From: Chrysomallon squamiferum
Lineage: Eukaryota; Animalia; Mollusca
Assembly (NCBI GenBank): GCA_012295275.1
Contig: CM022665.1
Span: 11,780,001 to 11,844,000 of the forward strand
DNA length: 64,000 nt
Direction: 5' to 3'
Positions 56,989 to 64,000 of this stretch are shown here, one piece after another. Numbering within the stretch: position 1 is the first letter of the stretch; every line of letters begins with the position of its first letter. Position numbers and translations under genes: made by a program. Below the pieces are notes generated by a model. It did no database searches, was not told where the DNA came from, and saw nothing but the letters and a program-made list of their open reading frames with translations.

Positions 56989-57700
56989 GCGTGCATCTAT
57001 GTACATACTTTAGTTTTGTATTGTATGGCTCTGAAAGCAGTGAAACCAGCAATCTCTGATCACTGTTTCTGAATGACATCCTCTTTCTTCTAACATCATT
57101 CGGGAAGGGAATTCTAACCACAAAGCCTGTCCAATTACAATCAATGTCCCGGGCTATACGCCGGACAAAGGCTATGGCCGTGCAATATTCTACGAACACT
57201 ACTAGGCCTGTAGCAGCAGTATCGGTCCCATTTAGATAAGGCCACGCCATTGTGGCTCCTGCCCTGTCCTCTCAATGAATGTTTGTTTTCTAAAATGTTA
57301 GTTTTATGCATCTTGATGGACAAATTCTATACGTCCACGGTCTGCATTCAATATGCCATTTTCCAGTTGATTATTTCGATAAATTTGAAATGAGATTAGC
57401 CTGTGGAAATGCTCGGGCGTTTTTGTTTTCATGGGCGTCTCTTTGGACGGTCCAGAAATGAAACGAGGGTGGTCTGGGCCAGTTATTTTGTTCGCCATCT
57501 TTTAGCATAAAGGGAACACATTTACGGGTCGGGCGGACTCAAAGGGTCCCGTTTTTATTGTATCGATTTAATACATTTCTAAATTGGCTGCTTTATGTGA
57601 CCAATATCTCGACTGTTTGTAACTGTTTTTGAAAACATTTTTCTCAGTTTTGTGGTTGAAATCGAAATTGTCATCTCGGAATTTAAACACATGTCGTACG
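54600..57700. promoter_or_regulatory. Group of candidate downstream regulatory islands (54600-55380, 55560-56430, 57020-57700)
   Basis: Complex CpG-containing blocks whose short ORFs show no recognisable domain. YY1-type words at 54662, 55140 and 57493. Confidence 0.35.
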
Positions 57701-57784
57701 ATGAGTGAAGAAAAATCTGAATACAAATAATGAATGTTGTGCGTTTGTTTGTGTTTTTGTGTACATATGTGTGTATGTGTCTAT

Positions 57785-58135
57785 GTATGTATGTATGTAT
57801 TTATGTGTGTATATATGAATGTAAGTTTGTGTATGTATTTGTATGTATGTATTTATGTGTGTATATATGAATGTAAGTATGTGTATGTATTTGTATGTAT
57901 GTATTTATGTATGTGTATATGAATGTAAGTATGTGTATGTATTTGTAAGTATGTGTATGTATTTGCATGTATGTATTTATGTGTGTATATATGAATGTAA
58001 GTATGTGTATGTATTTGTATGTATGTATTTATGTATGTATATATGAATGTAAGTATGTGTATGTATTTGTATGTATGTATTTATGTATGTATATATGAAT
58101 GTAAGTATGTGTATGTATTTGTATGTATGTATTTA
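57785..58135. repeat. Minisatellite, 52-bp unit, about 6.5 copies
   Basis: Marker gaatgtaag at 57817, 57869, 57921, 57993, 58045, 58097 (spacings 52, 52, 72, 52, 52). Confidence 0.92.
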
Positions 58136-59341
58136 GGACTGAATATTTTCTGATTAGTCTCTGCATAGAGACAATATTCGGCAACGCACTAGCACAAGAG
58201 TAAAAACAATATACACATAATATCCAACAACACTTACAAAATACGTGTACATATAAATTTACTTTCGTTTTATTAGACACATAAAACATGCGACATAAAA
58301 GCATATCTTATATATAACCACCAAAATTATAAATAAAATATATTACATAACTACGTAAATATTAATACTGTTACTATTCATTACATTAATGCGAACGATA
58401 AAACAAGCAGAAATAATAAACTGAGCAAAAATGTTTAATATATATTTTTTATAATTGTTTATGGTGGTCACATTCAGTGCATTAAAGAAGGGAGTGTACA
58501 TTTATTGGGCTGATAATGTCAAATAAATCAAAACTGTAATAGAATGGGCAGAGATAAAGATCTGGTTTCAGAATAACAATAATAATAATAACAATAATAA
58601 TAATAATAATAATAAATAATAATAATGCTGCTGATGATGATAATTATGATGATGATGAATAATGATAATCAGAGAGAGAGAAGATGATGATGATAATGAT
58701 GGTGATGATAAGGTTTAGAAGAATAACAGTTTTAAATGTTTTATATTTAATAAAATAGTTATATTCTTTGTTAATTTATGATGTGTTCTTTCAAGAGATT
58801 TATGTAGAGAGAGAGAAGAGAGATTATTAAAACTGAGGAGAGAGAGAGAGAGAGAGGTTTATAATTTCAAGAGGTCACTAACGTAAATCGGAATTTTAAT
58901 ATGTCGAAAATCAAACCATCCTATAAATTTGTCTTATCGAGTGCTTTTACCGTCGCATGGATTTATAAATCATTTCCTACATCAAAAACACAAAACCACT
59001 TTATCCGTTTTACTACGCTGACAATGTAAAATATTTCCCAATAAAATTTTATGGCGGATTACGACTTCCTACGATATGAAGAAATCGCGCCGTGCAGATG
59101 GGTTGAGTGCCTGCGTCGTTCGGCTGTCGGCCCAGGAGCCACTTTATCTACCTAGCGATTTTCCTCCACGTTCGATCGATATCCGTGCGTGTCATCTGTG
59201 CAGCACGACAGTGGTCACCTCGCTTCAAACCCTACCTGAAACAACGTCCATATGTCACGTTAGTTTTATTGTGATAAAGTTGATGATGAATAATGGTTAC
59301 GGTGGTAATGATCCTGAAGCTGGTACTACTAATATTACTAC

Positions 59342-59375
<34 letters not shown>

Positions 59376-59419
59376 TCTTCTAATAATAATAATAAAGTAG
59401 TAGTGTTATTACTACTACT

Positions 59420-59453
<34 letters not shown>

Positions 59454-60151
59454 ATATTATTGCTATTTCCAATACTGCTGCGGTCGCTAGTACTACTACT
59501 AGCACCATCACCACAATTATTATTATTATTATTATTATTATTATGATAAAAAAAAAAAAAAAAAAAAAAAAAAGAAGAAGAAGAAAAAAAGACCGGAAAC
59601 AAGCAGAAAAAACAAAATAAAGAAATAGTGAACTCATTCTTAAAATTCATCTTCTTCACTTCACAAAAATGATTTCGTACTTTAAGTATTTTTCATTCAG
59701 GAAATCTACACTGGGAAAAAAAAAAAAAAAAATTAAAAATATTACATTATTTTTTAAAAAAGCAAAAAAAAAAATAAAACAAACACTCAGCATAAATAAT
59801 TTAAAAAAACAAAGAGATCCAAAAATATAAATAAAGAAAAATAAAAAATACTGAAAATTTTAAATAAAATAAAATAAAGAAAAAAATATTGTAATTAAAT
59901 AGCATCTATTTTCAACAATTTAGTTTATTTTATAAGCACATAATAATTACCAAAGTGATGACAAAGAAAACATATTATTGTTTTAGTATCATTCTAGAAT
60001 ATGTAATGTAATCCTGTACCTTTATTAATTCTAAAGATAACTGATATTTTCCCAAACCTGTAGCATTTTCATCCTTTTATTCATTTATATAACTTCCGGT
60101 AATTTTCTGGAATTGATCACATAATCTCTTATTCTTGTTAATTCACATTTT

Positions 60152-60191
<40 letters not shown>

Positions 60192-60227
60192 GTGTGTGTG
60201 TGTGTGTGTGTAATAATTTTGTTTAAT

Positions 60228-60640
60228 CGATGACGTATTTACATACTCTAATTTATTTACTTTAAAAACCATAAGATCATTTTCTAGATCTCGATGATGC
60301 CCTTTTATCGATTCTAAAGACATACCACAATTCTATACCGTAGATGACGTAATTACGCAGTCGTATTTATTCAGTTTAAAGGCAATAAAATAATTTTTCA
60401 GAACAGATGACGTCCTTTCATCTATTTTAGGGAACCGATGACGTCATTGCGTACTTTTATTTATTCACTCAAAGCAAATAAAATATTTTTTTTAGAATCA
60501 ATAGCGCACTTTTATTTATTCTAAACACATGTCATAGTTTTCTGGAAATGATAATATCATTACGGACTCTTATTTATTCATTCTAAAAGATATAAATGAT
60601 TTTTGTTGCTTATTTTTTGATATCGATGACATCATCACAC
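60228..60640. repeat. Degenerate tandem repeat containing GATGACGT(CA)
   Basis: Recurring gatgacgt...act(t/c)ttatttattca...taaa...tttt(c)(t/a)gaa units. Confidence 0.65.
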
Positions 60641-62389
60641 TCTCTTTCAAGAGAGTCTTACAAGATACGTACTGTAGGACAATGTTCGTTCATTGACCCA
60701 TAGTCATAAAACCTGCTTCGCTTTATTGCAGCTTTTTATTGTTGTCCACCCTCCTTAACAGGTCGAATAAATGGAAATTATTTTTTCAAGTGACGTTAGA
60801 GTGCACAGCGCACGTTGATAGTGAGGAGTTTAGTTCCCATAATTAGCCAGCCACATCCTGGAGAATGGGGACTCTGGCGAGGACCGCCCACTGCCTGCTG
60901 TGACCCAAGCAACCGATATAAATCTCGATTATCGATAAGTTATGTGGTCGGTGCCTGAAATCCTTAAAGAGCCTGGCTTATGATAAAAAAAAAAAAAAAT
61001 TTTTTTTTTTTTTTTTTTTAAATAATTAAAAAAATAAATAAAATGATTTAAAATAAATTAATAAATAAAATAAAATAATTTAAAAATAAATAAATAAATA
61101 AATCAAATAAAATAATAACAATAATAAAAATTAATAAAAATAAGTAAATGAAGGAATAAACTTTAAAATAAATTCTATGTACAAAGTATCATTTAAAATT
61201 TTCTAGACACATTCCAAAAATATTTTTCAACTAAGTGTAATTATGACGTAATATAAGCAATAATTAATGTTTCTAATGTACTGTTAATTTTTCTATTGTC
61301 AACTTAAAATAAACACTGGTAGGGTACTAGAAGAGCTAAAAATGAAAAGAAAGAAAAAAGAAAGTTTTATATAAAAATAGGTGGCGTTTAACCAGAAGTA
61401 TAAATCAGTAATATTTAAAAATACATTAATAAATAAATAAAAATTAATATCAACAATTACAACAATAACAATAACCATAACAACAACATCAATAAAGAAA
61501 GAAAAAAAAGTGACTTAGCAGTTGCCAAGTAATAACAATAAATAAAAACAAGAAGAAATAACACACACACACACACACAGAATATAAATATATATATATA
61601 TATTATAGTAAAATGACAGTAACAATTACAGCTATAACAATAACAACAACAGTAACAATATCAGTAATAATAATAATTATATAACGTAATAATATTGATT
61701 ATGAGGATGATAATGATAATAATAATAATAATAATAATAATAATTTAAAAAAATAAATAAATAAATAAAAATAATAATAATAGTAGAAGTAAATAACTTA
61801 AATAGAAGACTAATAAATACCCATTGATGATCGATTATAAAACTTTCTAGAAATATAAATCTTTCAATTTCTGTTCTTGGAATCTGTTTGTATATTGCCA
61901 TTAGTTTTTGGATAAAAAATAGAAATTATATCTCTAATATTTTTCCCTCTAGACGCGCCATCATGAATATTTATTAAAAAGGAAAAAAAATATTCGTTGA
62001 GATGAAAAAAAAAAAAAATGATGGTTCATATTTCTTTTACATCTTGACACGCCAGTTCGTGCTTTTATTCCGAGATCCACTTATTTTATGGATGTAGTTT
62101 CGTGTTTCTTATTAAACCAACTGAGTCACGTCCAATTAGAATGAATGTATGGACAGGATAGTGTAATGCACGACCGATATAAATATATACGTGCGTGTAT
62201 ACACACACACACACACACACACCCAAAGACATACATGAATATATAAATGTACACACGTGCAACATCAGTATGTACAACATACACATTCACTCATACATAC
62301 TTATATACATACATACATACATACATATTTACAGATAAATATAAACACAGTTTTAGATATGTGGAGAAGACAAACACACAACTACAGAG

Positions 62390-62526
<137 letters not shown>

Positions 62527-62619
62527 CATTATCATTAGACTTATAAACTTTGAATGAGCTTAGAGAAAAGTTTGTAATTTGATATATATGTAGTCATGAG
62601 TTTTAATACCCGGTTATAA

Positions 62620-63880
62620 AGTCTTCTTAGTATAGCCAGAGATCACGTAAAACTCTCATCAAAATAGTTTCGAGTGTATTACCCAGCTAACATTTTAAAA
62701 GATTTCTCCCGTCGTCTTTATAACAGTGAACCTGTACGTTCTGGATGGTAACTGTAGTCTCAAAAGTATCACCCAGTTCACTGACAGACAATGGCGGGCA
62801 ACATCGTAATTGTGATAAGTAAACTCAAGAACTTGTACCAAAAGTTTGTCCTTTCTTCTCAGTCTTTGTAACGCCGTCTATTCTCGTTTACCCTCGTGTA
62901 GGGCCCCGTGAACGGTTGCCGTTCGTTTCTCATTAATGGACTCCGGTTTCGGTAAAGACTCTTCATCGATGCGAAGTCACGTTCCGGACTTTACAGGTTT
63001 ATTCATACGAGGCAAATGGGAACTATCAGAGAAAATCGTAATGTCCCATATGCCCAAATTTTAGCCAGCCCCGTCATGGATTCAGAAGAATCGTCATTGT
63101 TTCAGCTCTAACACTCTTATAGGCATAGCGTGACCCAGGGCTAAAAGTTTCTCAAAGGCTTTTCTGCGTTCTATTTCTTCATTTTTGAAGGGGTCAGCCA
63201 AGCTTCGGGATGAAAGAAGGCGGATAAATGATTCGCTAGGCCGCCATATTGGAGGTCTGCTTGAACAAACAGACGCAGAATACGTTTCTCTCATTGAAAA
63301 CTCTTCGAATCATTAAAATTTCGTTAGAAAACCTTTCCAGTTAAGGCGTTCTATAAACGCGAGCACGCGCGCTGCGCTCAGCGCTGTCTATCCATACAAA
63401 TTGGGCGCGCTTGTTATAACTACAGCATCGCGCAGACGATGTGTTATCAACTATTCGTTATTATAAAATTTAAATATCATTTAGCATGTCGTCCTGTCAA
63501 GCGGTGTCGTCGGCTTCTCCCAATATTCTGTCCTTCTTTTAAATGGAAATGAAGGATTTTCCTTCCCGTCTGCCGTGTCGTCTGTTTTGAATTAGAAAAC
63601 GCCTGCAAAAATGCGAGCAGACGACAGCGATTCATGGCTTGAATCGTGGTCTAACGCTGCATGGAGAGGAGCAAATTAACGGGCTATATGGAGCTCATAA
63701 TTCACGCCTCATTTGCTCAAAGGAAAAGAATTATTACGAAATGCTTTTATTGACACGACGGATGAACAAAACGTCTCAGTAGTCGGCCATTTAACCTATC
63801 ATCACATCCGCGCCTTGGTGACTTCCATTCACGTTATGTGACGTGGCCGTCGGATTTATATTTTAATCTCCTGTCGACAA
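62620..63880. promoter_or_regulatory. Long CpG-rich island; enhancer or promoter of an unseen transcript
   Basis: 1.2 kb free of microsatellites, with a CG-dense core at 63355-63440. Confidence 0.35.
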
Positions 63881-64000
63881 AGAAAACATTTAATGTCAAA
63901 TTATAACAGTGACTTTTTTTTTTTTCTTCTTCTTCTTCTTTTTTTTTTTTTTTTTTTAAAGGGAGAGGGGTTCGCAAATTCCCTCTTTTTATGGCTATGT

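Noticed and set aside
56939-57250. 103-aa minus-strand ORF and an open plus frame in the same island
   Set aside because: No recognisable motif or convincing splice sites; the ORF ends in an (AT)n repeat. An exon cannot be fully excluded without a homology search.
63094-63294. 66-aa ORF with a protein-like look
   Set aside because: Short, no known motif, and expected by chance in a GC-richer island.

Overview
Animal nuclear DNA, very AT-rich and full of microsatellites; no prokaryotic features. The only supportable protein-coding gene is a FoxA (forkhead/HNF3) transcription factor with an uninterrupted CDS at 32873..34195 (+). Its termini look lophotrochozoan, probably molluscan (recollection, not a database result). 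The ~30 kb on each side has no recognisable gene or transposase ORF. It alternates simple-repeat tracts with about 30 islands (0.2-1.3 kb) of complex, CpG-containing sequence, as expected for a developmental regulator's cis-regulatory domain. Most other listed ORFs are microsatellite translations. Best unexplained signals: a 40-bp hairpin whose non-Watson-Crick positions are all G-U on the + strand (27378..27468); a diverged duplicated module carrying a Fox site (334.. vs 22067..); an orphan promoter-like cluster (~23200); an isolated in-frame IKIWFQN homeodomain helix-3 word (58554..58574); and a degenerate minisatellite that multiplies CRE sites (~60230..60640). All motif calls were made by eye and are hypotheses.
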